Shown one piece after another: positions 18,271 to 26,378 of a stretch of DNA of 32,000 nucleotides. The translations under genes were made by a program, and so were the position numbers. The notes beneath the pieces were generated by a model. It saw only the letters and a list, made by a program, of their open reading frames with translations. It searched no databases and was not told where the DNA came from. Numbering within the stretch: the first letter of the stretch is position 1; each line of letters begins with the position of its first letter. This DNA comes from Thermodesulfobacteriota bacterium (lineage in GTDB: Bacteria; Desulfobacterota; WTBG01; JAGOGO01). The stretch is taken from assembly GCA_026625185.1 (NCBI GenBank), contig CP113000.1:2802651-2834650 (forward strand). The letters run 5' to 3'.

Positions 18271-19677
18271 CTAAAAACCCATTGCTGCCTGAAAGGTAAC
18301 GAGGTTTTGATCTTTTCCGCTGAATTCACCCTGAGGGCTATTAACTTCTTTCCGCTGATCGATGAAGGTCCAATCCAGGGTAAGTTTTGCATCATGGCCC
18401 TTAATTAAATAGTTCAGGTCTAAAGAAGTGAAGGCGGTGTCAGGCTTTTGGTCTACCGCCAGCCTTTCATAGCGAAGATAGGGTTGAATTCTCCCTGTCC
18501 CAATTTTGCAAGGTAAAAGATAGCCTCCCTGAATATAATAAATTTGAGCGTTATCTCCACTAATAAGCCGGCTATATTTAAGGGTCTGAGTCACGTTTTT
18601 TACATCAATAAAGGCGGACTCGACAGTTACTGCCCCTTGCCCAACAGGATGGTCGAAAAAGAGGTCGACTGTCCATCCGATATTATTTTGATCAAGTTTT
18701 TTACTTAAAACAAGGCCCTCTTGATAATCAAACCCAGCGCCAAGTGCCAAAACTTTTTTCGCACCGAGATAAGATCCCTGGTTAAACCAGGTCGTTTCCG
18801 CCTACAAAAGGTTAAGTGAGACTCTTCCAGAAAACCGGAGGTTATCGTTTGGATTGTCGGTATTACTTTCAACCCCCTCAGACATACCAAGTCGGTACTG
18901 AAGCAAACCTTTAAATAAATTTCCCCAGAGAACCATTCCATCATCCCGCCCCACTTTACTTGCATAAAAAATGCTTCCCCGTACTCCCCCCTGGTTAAAT
19001 GGAAGTTCGAGGGGCAGCAAAGTAAAAGTTGATGTGGTACCGAAACTTCTGGTAAAGGGGACGTACATCCTTCCCATTTGAATCTTAAATGACTCGTTCA
19101 AGTTATAGTAAATCCAAGCATCGCGAACCGCAATGCCGCTTCCCAGTCCTACAGATGAGTTATCCAGCCCATCCTGACCGATACGATCACCGGCGATATG
19201 GGCAAAAAATCCGATTTTGGGAGTAACTTCTCCTGATAGATAAAAATAGAACCTGCGTAGCATAAAATCATTAAGATTTTTAGTACCGCTCTTTTTCCCA
19301 TCTTCCATAAACTGATACCACGTCTGCAAGCGCAAACCGGCCTTTAGCTTGTGCTCTTCCATAAACCTGGCTACTCGCTCAAAAGAAAAATGCTGTTCAT
19401 CGACCTTAGTTTTTAGCTCACTAACAGTAGTTTTTAGCTCTTCGACTTCAGTTTGGGGGGACACAGTTTGTTTTTTCGTTTCTTTTTCTAAAACCATAAT
19501 CCTGTTTTTTAATATTTCCAACTCGGCATCTCTTCTTTGTTCGATCTCTTCTATCTTTTTCTTCAGCATTTCAATTTCTGCATCCTTTGACTGGGCGAAT
19601 ACCAGATTTGGGTGAAGAAAAATCAGCCCGGCGGTTAAAAACGTTAATGCTGTCATTGCTGCTAATCTTCTCATCAC
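18271..19677 (-). pseudogene. Porin (OprO/P-like, N-terminal coiled coil) interrupted by a single in-frame TAG at 18802-18804
   Basis: ORFs 18802-19677 and 18271-18750 are in the same frame (19677-18750 = 927, divisible by 3). Read-through gives ...RFSGRVSLNLL*AETTWFNQGSYLGAKKVLALGAGFDYQ... as continuous beta-strand sequence. Signal peptide MMRRLAAMTALTFLTAGLIFLHPNLVFA, and a C-terminal ...FQAAMGF. Confidence 0.65.
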
Positions 19678-19864
19678 CTCCTCCTTTTATTTATGGGTTA
19701 ACAATCCGATATTCAGAGCTCCAATTCTATTCCGAACAGGAGCTGAACTATTGTTTTTTGAGAAATTAAATTACTATTTCCAATTTGTCAAATAGATTTA
19801 TTCTATAGATAAAGGCAAAGAAATTAGATTTTTTCTATGGATGTTATCCTGTCGATGAAGTTTT

Positions 19865-20776
19865 TTAAGGTAGGTTTGTTTCGGTTTTTGCTTTTTCGAG
19901 GAGATAATTAAAAAATGATTCACATAGGGGTGATTTGAATTTCCCGCGCCGGAGAACAATATAAAAATCACGAAAAGTTTTTATTTTTTCAATTGAGACC
20001 GCTTTCAGGGTTCGGTTATTTAAATTCTCCTGGACTGCCCGGCGTGACAATATCGAACAACCGATCCCGCTCTTTATCGCCTGTATAACTGCGGTTGTGC
20101 TGCCCAGTCTCATAATCACATTTAAGTGGCCGCTGTCAAACCCATGGTCTCTCAAACTCTTTTCCATGACCATGCGTGTTCCACTGCCTTCCTCGCGAAG
20201 CACAAAAGGGACTTCTTTCAGTTTCTCCAGCGTAATAGATTTCATTTTTCCCCAGACGGAACTCGGAGGAGCAACAAGCACTAACTCATCTTTGACAAAC
20301 TTATGGAAGTCCAGCTTGGCATTCTCCATAACAGCGCCAACAATACCAAGCTCAATCCGGTTATTGACAATATCATCAATAACTTTTTTTGTATCCCCAA
20401 TGGTCAGTTTTATAATAATATCGGGAAAATTATCTCTAAAGTCTTTAATAAGTGAAGGTAAGATATATTCCCCCGGGATAGTGCTCGCCCCTACTACAAG
20501 ATCACCTTTGAGCGCACCCTTGAGGCTCCATAGTGTTTGTTCCGCCTCGCTTTTTAATCTTAAAATTTTCTGTGCGTAATCATAAAGAATACTGCCTGCT
20601 TTGGTAGGAAGCACTTCTCTTCCTAATCGGTCAAGGAGGGTAGTACCCAGATAATCTTCTAACGCCTTGATATGCTCGGTAAGGGTTGGTTGAGAAAGGT
20701 GTGAGGCTTCGGCGGCCCTGGAAAAGCTTCCCAATTCGACTATTTTACAAAATATTTCTATTTGATTAAACTTCAC
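19865..20776 (-). CDS. LysR-family transcriptional regulator (selenium-cluster associated)
   Basis: 303 aa. N-terminal wHTH FCKIVELGSFSRAAEASHLSQPTLTEHIKALEDYLG plus a LysR substrate-binding domain. Confidence 0.9.
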   Translation of the reverse strand: MKFNQIEIFCKIVELGSFSRAAEASHLSQPTLTEHIKALEDYLGTTLLDRLGREVLPTKAGSILYDYAQKILRLKSEAEQTLWSLKGALKGDLVVGASTIPGEYILPSLIKDFRDNFPDIIIKLTIGDTKKVIDDIVNNRIELGIVGAVMENAKLDFHKFVKDELVLVAPPSSVWGKMKSITLEKLKEVPFVLREEGSGTRMVMEKSLRDHGFDSGHLNVIMRLGSTTAVIQAIKSGIGCSILSRRAVQENLNNRTLKAVSIEKIKTFRDFYIVLRRGKFKSPLCESFFNYLLEKAKTETNLP

Positions 20777-20857
20777 TGTAAGTTTCGAACTCCGTTCCCG
20801 TAAGCATGGTTCAGAAGATTATTGATCGGAAACCACGTTAGGAAGGTTTGTCATTGC

Positions 20858-21367
20858 TTAAGATTTTTTCCGACCAAGAATTTTATCTATTTCTTTTTCG
20901 CTTTCCTTGCAAATCGCATTTATTCTTTCTATGCCTTCGGGAGAAAGATTTAAAAATTTTACTCCCATTCCGGCTAACGATATACCATCAGGATTCATCA
21001 CTTCTTCCTTTTGCTGCCATACCACCTCACAAAACACCTCGATTTCTTCTTTTCCATCCGGCAGGACAATTTTTAGATTACATTGAGTTCCCGGTTCCAG
21101 AGGAGCGTTCGTTGGGATAAATACCCCGCCTTGACCAAGATTACCGAGGTAGTGTTCTACAAATGCTTTGGACGTTGAATAAACAATTTTAAATTTCTTG
21201 GGAATGCGTATAAAGCGTCGACGCTCAGAGACACCTTCTTTGGCGGCGACCTTAACAATTTCGGTCAAAAGCTGAATGGTTTCGGATGCGTATGAAGTGC
21301 CGCAAAAAGGGCATTGGAGGGTATCATGATCTATCTCCTTGGTACAATAGGGACAAAATAGTTTCAC
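20858..21367 (-). CDS. Zinc-ribbon plus PilZ-domain protein
   Basis: 169 aa. N-terminal CPYC...CPFCG zinc ribbon. The RRRFIRIPKKFKI ... LGNLGQGGVFIPT pattern corresponds to the PilZ RxxxR ... (D/N)xSxxG motifs. Confidence 0.8.
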   Translation of the reverse strand: MKLFCPYCTKEIDHDTLQCPFCGTSYASETIQLLTEIVKVAAKEGVSERRRFIRIPKKFKIVYSTSKAFVEHYLGNLGQGGVFIPTNAPLEPGTQCNLKIVLPDGKEEIEVFCEVVWQQKEEVMNPDGISLAGMGVKFLNLSPEGIERINAICKESEKEIDKILGRKKS

Positions 21368-21560
21368 GTATTAATCCTCCTCTATACAATGGGTCTTTAT
21401 TCTTTAAACAAAAAAGCGTCCTGATCTTCGCTTCCATGTCTTAAAAATTTCATTTCACTCACTTGATAAAACTTTGTCATAATGTGAGGAAAAAATCAAG
21501 TGATTGAGTGCGCTGGCAAATTTTTTTAAACCTAATTAAGTTATTCGCTTTCGTCAACAT

Positions 21561-21601
21561 GAAAAAGAGCCTCTCAAGCTTATTAAAGCTTGGAGGCTCT
21601 T
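21561..21601 (-). terminator. Rho-independent terminator downstream of the HU-like locus
   Basis: Minus strand AAGAGCCTCCAAGCTT-TAAT-AAGCTTGAGAGGCTCTT (16-17 bp stem with one bulge), followed by TTTTTC. Confidence 0.75.
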
Positions 21602-21622
21602 GAGTACCAACGTGTTTATCAA

Positions 21623-21900
21623 TTAGTTAAGAATGCCTAAAAGCACCTTTAGTGCCTTCCCGAGTTTAAATACCGGGGCAGTTTTGACTTTTATTTATAT
21701 TTTTGCTCCGGTTTATGGATTTCTTCCATTTCTGGCTTTCTTTTTCCTTGCACCAAAGGTTCCAAAACCAATCAGGGTTACCTCTTCTTTTTTCTTAGCA
21801 CTTTGGCAATAGGGGCCAGCACACCATCAAACGCCGCCCCGCCCGTTTTTTTTCTTTTTGTTACCTGGGCAAACGCTTCTATCAAATCTGCTTTATTTAT
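21623..21900 (-). pseudogene. HU/IHF-family DNA-binding protein gene, decayed
   Basis: SD GAGGAGGG plus 8 nt leads to ATA where ATG is expected. Translation reads INKADLIEAFAQVTKRKKTGGAAFDGVLAPIAKVLRKK, then a 1-nt frameshift in an A-run, then [48 protein letters not shown]. The two in-frame TAA codons lie where HU has GRNPxTGExIxI. Confidence 0.75.
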
Positions 21901-21927
21901 CTTGTTGTCCCTCCTCGCTCAATTTTT

Positions 21928-22122
21928 CTACTCCTTTTTGGCTTTCTTTTTGGGTGCGGCTTTTTTAACAGGTTTCTTTTTCCCTGCTGCAGCTTTCGCT
22001 TTTTTGAGATCTGCCTCGAGTGTTTTCAGTTTTGCTTTACCTACCTTAAGCTTTTGCGTTAATGAGGTTAAGCTGGTTTTGGCATATTTGATCCTTAATG
22101 CAAGCTGTTTTGCTGTAGCCAT
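21928..22122 (-). CDS. Lys/Ala-rich histone H1-like nucleoid protein
   Basis: 64 aa with SD AGGAGG 8 nt upstream of the ATG. The C-terminal tail is AKAAAGKKKPVKKAAPKKKAKKE. TAG stop. Confidence 0.6.
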   Translation of the reverse strand: MATAKQLALRIKYAKTSLTSLTQKLKVGKAKLKTLEADLKKAKAAAGKKKPVKKAAPKKKAKKE

Positions 22123-22817
22123 AATATCTTCCTCCTGTTTAAGGATTGATGAGGATTAATTATAATTTGATTCTTTTTACCAGATTGTAACTGCATTGTA
22201 AAGGATTTTTTTTATTTTTAGGCATTTTTTTCAGATCTGGGTAATGAAGAAAGTGGAGAAGCCAATTTCACCCTTCTTTATTCGGTGCTCCTATGCTGCA
22301 CATTGCCATTGTCAAAGGGAGTCATGAATATCTTAAAACGCCTTTCATACAATGGTTAGACCAAATCGTGTCAGTAATGAGTTTATTTATAGCAGGCATG
22401 CTATTATCAGTATCGCAGTCATGCTTTAGTTTCAGTTAAAATCATTTATTCCTCCGGTTACTTTTTAGTTATGCGTTATCAAATCAGTAATCAATGTTCC
22501 CTACCGAAGTACGCAATGGGATTTTTTACCCTGCTTTCGAGTTACTAAAGAAAAAAAACCGCAGAGCTCATAACGCCACCCCCAAAAACGTTTATAATAA
22601 AACCCGACAACGATAAGATTGCCCACCTTATTAGTATTGAAACCGGGGCTCACAATAATATGTGGAAAATCGTTCTCCATAAGACAATATCTTGAACATC
22701 CGCCGAAATTTATAATAAGAAAACCATAATTTTTCTTGACGGCTATGGAAATTTGTCATAACGTTATGGTGACAAAATAATTTGTTAACACGAAAATTCC
22801 TTCTCTTAGGAGGGTTG

Positions 22818-23414
22818 ATGACCATGGAAGAAATAAAATCTCTTTATAAAAAGGCCGGAGAATTTCATGGGAGTGTATGCGCAGGTATAATATTGGGAGT
22901 CCGGATGGCTTGCCTGGCGTGCCGAATGCATGGCATAAACGATCCCAATAGCCCGGAAAATCGCAAACAATTAATGACCTGGGTGGAAATCGACCGGTGT
23001 GCTACTGATGGTATCCAAAGCGTAACCGGTTGTTCTCCGGGACGTCGCACTCTTAAAGTAATGAATTATGGAATTATGGCGGCTACATTTTTAAATTTAT
23101 TTTCCCAAAAAGCCTTCCGTATTTCCGTTCATCCTGATTCCCGCAATAAAGCCAAAGCGCTTTTCCCTGAGTTGACCGATAGTAATCATATCTATATAGA
23201 AGCCTATAAGCAAATGACCGACGACGATCTTTTTGTGGTAGAAGAGGTTAGGGTAGAGGTCCCGGAACGGGAAATGCCCGGCCCACCCCCCAAACGGACC
23301 GCGTGTTCTATTTGCCGCGAGGAAATTCATATGGGTTGTGAAATAATAAAGGAAGACAAAACACTCTGTCGGCGCTGTGCGGACATGCCCCTTTATTATA
23401 CTCCGCTGAAATAA
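22818..23414 (+). CDS. FmdE-family protein with C-terminal zinc ribbon
   Basis: Start at ATG 22818 after AGGAGGG. EFHGSVCAGIILGVRMA and VEIDRCATDGIQSVTGCSPGRRTL are FmdE motifs. C-terminal CSICREE...CRRC. Confidence 0.8.
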   Translation: MTMEEIKSLYKKAGEFHGSVCAGIILGVRMACLACRMHGINDPNSPENRKQLMTWVEIDRCATDGIQSVTGCSPGRRTLKVMNYGIMAATFLNLFSQKAFRISVHPDSRNKAKALFPELTDSNHIYIEAYKQMTDDDLFVVEEVRVEVPEREMPGPPPKRTACSICREEIHMGCEIIKEDKTLCRRCADMPLYYTPLK

Positions 23415-23496
23415 CCGTTACAATCAACTAACCGATTGAGAGGCCACATCTCTTCAATTACCGATAATAAAAATTATTAGCAAAAAGAGTAGTACC

Positions 23497-24531
23497 ATGT
23501 TAGAAAAGATTAAATTACAAGATGCAATTGGAACAGTTCTTGCTCATGACATCACTGAGATTAAGGCAGATCATAAGTTTAAAGGACGCGCCTTTAAAAA
23601 AGGGCACATTATCACTAAAGATGATATCCCCCGACTACTGGACCTGGGGAAAGAAAATCTCTTTTTTATTAAAATCACCGATGATGAAGTCCATGAAAAT
23701 GAAGCCGGGGAACGAATTTCCCGAGCGATCGCCGGTAAAGGGGTTTATCTTTCCGACGAAGTAAAAGAAGGACGGGTCAATCTCTACGCAGCTTATGATG
23801 GGTTACTCCGGATAAATACTGTGGCTTTGGAAGAACTAAACCTCATCGATGAGGTAATGTGCGCTACCCGCCACAATAATTTTCTGGTAAAAAAGGGAGA
23901 AATGCTTGCGGGCACGAGAACAATTCCGTTGTTGATAAAAAGAAAAACGGTGGAGAAAGTCGAAAACATATCATTAAAATATGGAAAAATAGTCGAGGTT
24001 CTACCATTAAGGTCAATAAAGGCGGGCCTTCTGATCACCGGAAACGAAGTATATCATGGCCGTATTAAGGATGCTTTTGAACCAATAATGCGGGAAAAAA
24101 TAAAAAAAATTGGTTCGGAAGTAATCAAGGCAATCTTTGTTCCTGATGAGGTCACTATGATCGCCGAGGGAATAAAAAACCTTATTGCTGCGGGTGCGCA
24201 ATTAATTATTCTAACTGGTGGGATGTCGGTGGACCCGGATGATCTCACATTAAAGGGGGTAAAAGAAATCGGCGCCACCATCACTTCGTATGGCGCTTCA
24301 GTATTGCCCGGCGCGATGTTTTTAATGGCCTATAGTGGTGAAATTCCTATCCTGGGAGTTCCGGCCTGTGGAATGTACCATAAAAATACTATCTTTGATT
24401 TAATCCTGCCGAGGGTTTTAGCCGGGGAAAAGATCGGAAAACCGGAAATAGCAAAATTAGGGCATGGAGGCCTCTGCCTCGATTGTCCCACATGCGACTT
24501 TCCGCATTGTGGTTTTGGGAAAGGAACGTAA
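23497..24531 (+). CDS. Molybdopterin-binding protein (short MoeA-N-like plus MoaB/MogA MoCF-biosynthesis domain, Cys-rich C-terminus)
   Basis: 344 aa. LQDAIGTVLAHDI (MoeA N-like), LITGNEV...ILTGGMSVDPDDLT (MoCF domain) and the C-terminal CLDCPTCDFPHCGFG. Confidence 0.8.
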   Translation: MLEKIKLQDAIGTVLAHDITEIKADHKFKGRAFKKGHIITKDDIPRLLDLGKENLFFIKITDDEVHENEAGERISRAIAGKGVYLSDEVKEGRVNLYAAYDGLLRINTVALEELNLIDEVMCATRHNNFLVKKGEMLAGTRTIPLLIKRKTVEKVENISLKYGKIVEVLPLRSIKAGLLITGNEVYHGRIKDAFEPIMREKIKKIGSEVIKAIFVPDEVTMIAEGIKNLIAAGAQLIILTGGMSVDPDDLTLKGVKEIGATITSYGASVLPGAMFLMAYSGEIPILGVPACGMYHKNTIFDLILPRVLAGEKIGKPEIAKLGHGGLCLDCPTCDFPHCGFGKGT

Positions 24532-24613
24532 GGTTGGATCATGCATAAGTCCTATCAAAACAACGCTGAGGACCACTGGCGTAAATGGGTGGGTATCTAA
24601 CCCGCAATTTTAT

Positions 24614-24676
24614 TTTTTTAGCCGGTCAGAAACTGTACTAAGGTTAATTAAACAATCTGTGATCTCGAACATAATC
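24614..24676. repeat. About 60-bp direct-repeat copy A: truncated duplicate of the moaE-like 5' end
   Basis: TTTTTTTAGCCGGTCAGAAACTGTACTAAGGTTAATTAAACAATCTGTGATCTCGAACATAATC differs at about 5 positions from copy B at 25123-25185. On the minus strand it encodes MFEITDCLINLSTVSDRLKK*. Confidence 0.85.
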
Positions 24677-24800
24677 TTATTGTTCCAGCAATATCCAAAG
24701 CAATGGTTGATGGTATTCTTTTTTCATAACACCCAAGATATCATTTCTTATCCTAAACTTTGCACTTCCTTATGGAACTGGTGGTTTCAATCTACTCCTT

Positions 24801-25181
24801 CTATTTTTCAAATATTTCTTTTTTCTTGAAAGTTTTCATTTTTTTAAAGCAATTCACTGCATCCTGGCATAGTCCAAAAGCAGATTCCCGGTGTTCCGCA
24901 GAGGCAGCAACCACTGAAATAGCCTCCCCAATGGATAACTTTCCAATCCTTCGAATCAGAAGAACATCTTCTACCGGCCATGTTACCCGGAGACTTCTTT
25001 CTAATTCCATCATTTCCCCTTCAGCGTCACCCTCCAGTTCAAATTTTATTGAACTGGTTTTCTTCCCTGACTCCGTGCTCCTTACAATAGCATAATGCAT
25101 CACTATGGAACCGGAACTTTCTTTTTTTAGCCGGTCAGAAACTGTATTAAGGTTAATTGAACAATCCATGATCTCGATCAT
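24801..25181 (-). CDS. moaE: MoaE-family protein (molybdopterin synthase large-subunit-like, divergent)
   Basis: Start at ATG 25181 after GGAGGTG. VLLIRRIGKLSIGEAISVVAASAEHRESAFGLCQDAVNCFKKMKTFKKKE aligns with E. coli MoaE VIHRIGELWPGDEIVFVGVTSAHRSSAFEAGQFIMDYLKTRAPFWKRE. TAG stop. Confidence 0.75.
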   Translation of the reverse strand: MIEIMDCSINLNTVSDRLKKESSGSIVMHYAIVRSTESGKKTSSIKFELEGDAEGEMMELERSLRVTWPVEDVLLIRRIGKLSIGEAISVVAASAEHRESAFGLCQDAVNCFKKMKTFKKKEIFEK

Positions 25182-25185
25182 AATC
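25123..25185. repeat. Direct-repeat copy B (functional 5' end and SD of the moaE-like gene)
   Basis: See copy A. The two copies are offset by 509 bp. Confidence 0.85.
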
Positions 25186-25487
25186 ACCTCCAACGATTTA
25201 TGCCTACGAAAATATTTATAGCCAATCTTATAAAATATCTAAAACCAAATAAGTCCAAAAATAGAATAGACCTGCAAAGATAAATCGTTACAAAAAACGC
25301 CAAAACCCAAGGATTGAGTGAACCGGGATAGGCGGTGGGTTTATTTTGGCATGGAGTTAAAACCATCGCCTTTGGCCTTTCCTTACGCTTGTTTTGTTTC
25401 ACTCCGCAAACCCTAATGCTTACCACCTCCTTCTTCGGGATAAGCCTAATCGCCGTGGTCAAAAGGTTGTAACGAAAGGTTCTCCTT

Positions 25488-25712
25488 CTATGGGTTTTTG
25501 GATCGTGTCTCAACATATTCCCGGTATTCCTTCAGGAGAAGGTGCCGGTGCTCTTTCCTAGCCGAGGGAGGGATGTAGTTCTTAACTTCCAGCCTCTTTA
25601 CAATCTCTTCGGCTGTATCTATGCTCACCTGTCTGCCTTCTATGTAAAAGTTGGCCAGTATCTCGTCCAAGCCAATAATAGCGATCTGGGTATTATCAAT
25701 AAACCTTAGCAT
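25488..25712 (-). CDS. Small hypothetical protein, minimal ATG-to-stop ORF; a possible 23-codon N-terminal extension with two UGAs is described in findings
   Basis: 74-aa ORF MLRFIDNTQIAIIGLDEILANFYIEGR...NYIPPSARKEHRHLLLKEYREYV. There is no SD before ATG 25712, whereas a strong SD plus ATG lies in frame at 25781. Confidence 0.55.
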   Translation of the reverse strand: MLRFIDNTQIAIIGLDEILANFYIEGRQVSIDTAEEIVKRLEVKNYIPPSARKEHRHLLLKEYREYVETRSKNP

Positions 25713-26378
25713 GCGCCGGCTAACTGTCGGCTTTTCGCTATCGCCTCAAGTAATTCATCCTATCTTTTGAGTTAGTGACATATTTCATCTCCTTAATTAA
25801 TTTCCAATAACCATTCTGCCATTTGGCTGCGGCAAATTTTTTTGGTGAAGAGAATAAGAACGGTTCTCAACTTAAGCCCATGTCCGTACATGTTGTCCAT
25901 GGGGTTGTAAAGGATATGCACACCGCGCCGCTATCGCTCGACCAAAATTGGGCACTCTCAATAACTTCCATTCTATTATTGTTTTTACGGTTCGCATGAA
26001 ACATGACAGATTCCAGTTGGTGTCTCAATCGCATAAGGGAAATATTTCTTTTTGAACCAAAGCGCCACATTAACCAGACTGATAAGCACCGAAAACAGGA
26101 TCAATAACTGTTTCGCCTTCGCATAATGGGCACAGCCCAACCAACCGGCTCTCCGCAATAAAGGCCTAAATTCGCACCTTGGAAATTGATCTAAAAGCCC
26201 CTTTATTGTCCATTTTCAAGTACTTCTATCTTTAGCAATTAATTTGTTGTCCGAATTATTGCTTCGGGAGGCCTCCGGCAAACTTCAATACGCTTTTCAA
26301 CCTCACATTCCCAAATGCTGCCAGCGTGGTAACGTTCATTTTCATTCATCTCGTTTTGCGAAGATCCTACTATTTGCT

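Noticed and set aside
18802-18804. In-frame TAG in the porin read as pyrrolysine or a reassigned codon
   Set aside because: TAG is used as an ordinary stop by several solid genes in this window (5586-6251, moaE-like, H1-like). No pyl genes are visible. A nonsense mutation or sequencing error is more parsimonious.
19725-19841. Three TTCTAT(A/G)GA-like repeats, including the palindrome TCTATAGA (19802-19809), as LysR operators upstream of the porin-yedE operon
   Set aside because: The motifs are too short and lie in AT-rich DNA, so they cannot be distinguished from chance. No clear T-N11-A dyad with flanking symmetry is present.
21803-22159. 118-aa plus-strand ORF
   Set aside because: It is antisense to the HU pseudogene and the H1-like gene. 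Its Phe/Leu/Ala-rich translation is simply the complement of Lys codons.
22123-22817. Long (~690 bp) gap upstream of the fmdE-like gene, examined for a riboswitch, small ORFs (for example 22244-22327, MKKVEKPISPFFIRCSYAAHCHCQRES) and promoters
   Set aside because: I could not identify convincing conserved-looking helices or a motif I can name. The 27-aa ORF has no SD. It is left unannotated; an Rfam scan would be the decisive test.
25184-25516. 110-aa minus-strand ORF between the small protein and moaE-like
   Set aside because: The sequence is implausible (R/K/T-rich with a hydrophobic junk tail). It overlaps both neighbours and has no SD. The region is better explained as a structured leader.
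26250-26275. GGAGGCCTCC palindrome just downstream of the ATPase stop, considered as an intrinsic terminator
   Set aside because: A perfect palindrome leaves no loop, the flanking pairing is imperfect, and no U-run follows on the minus strand.
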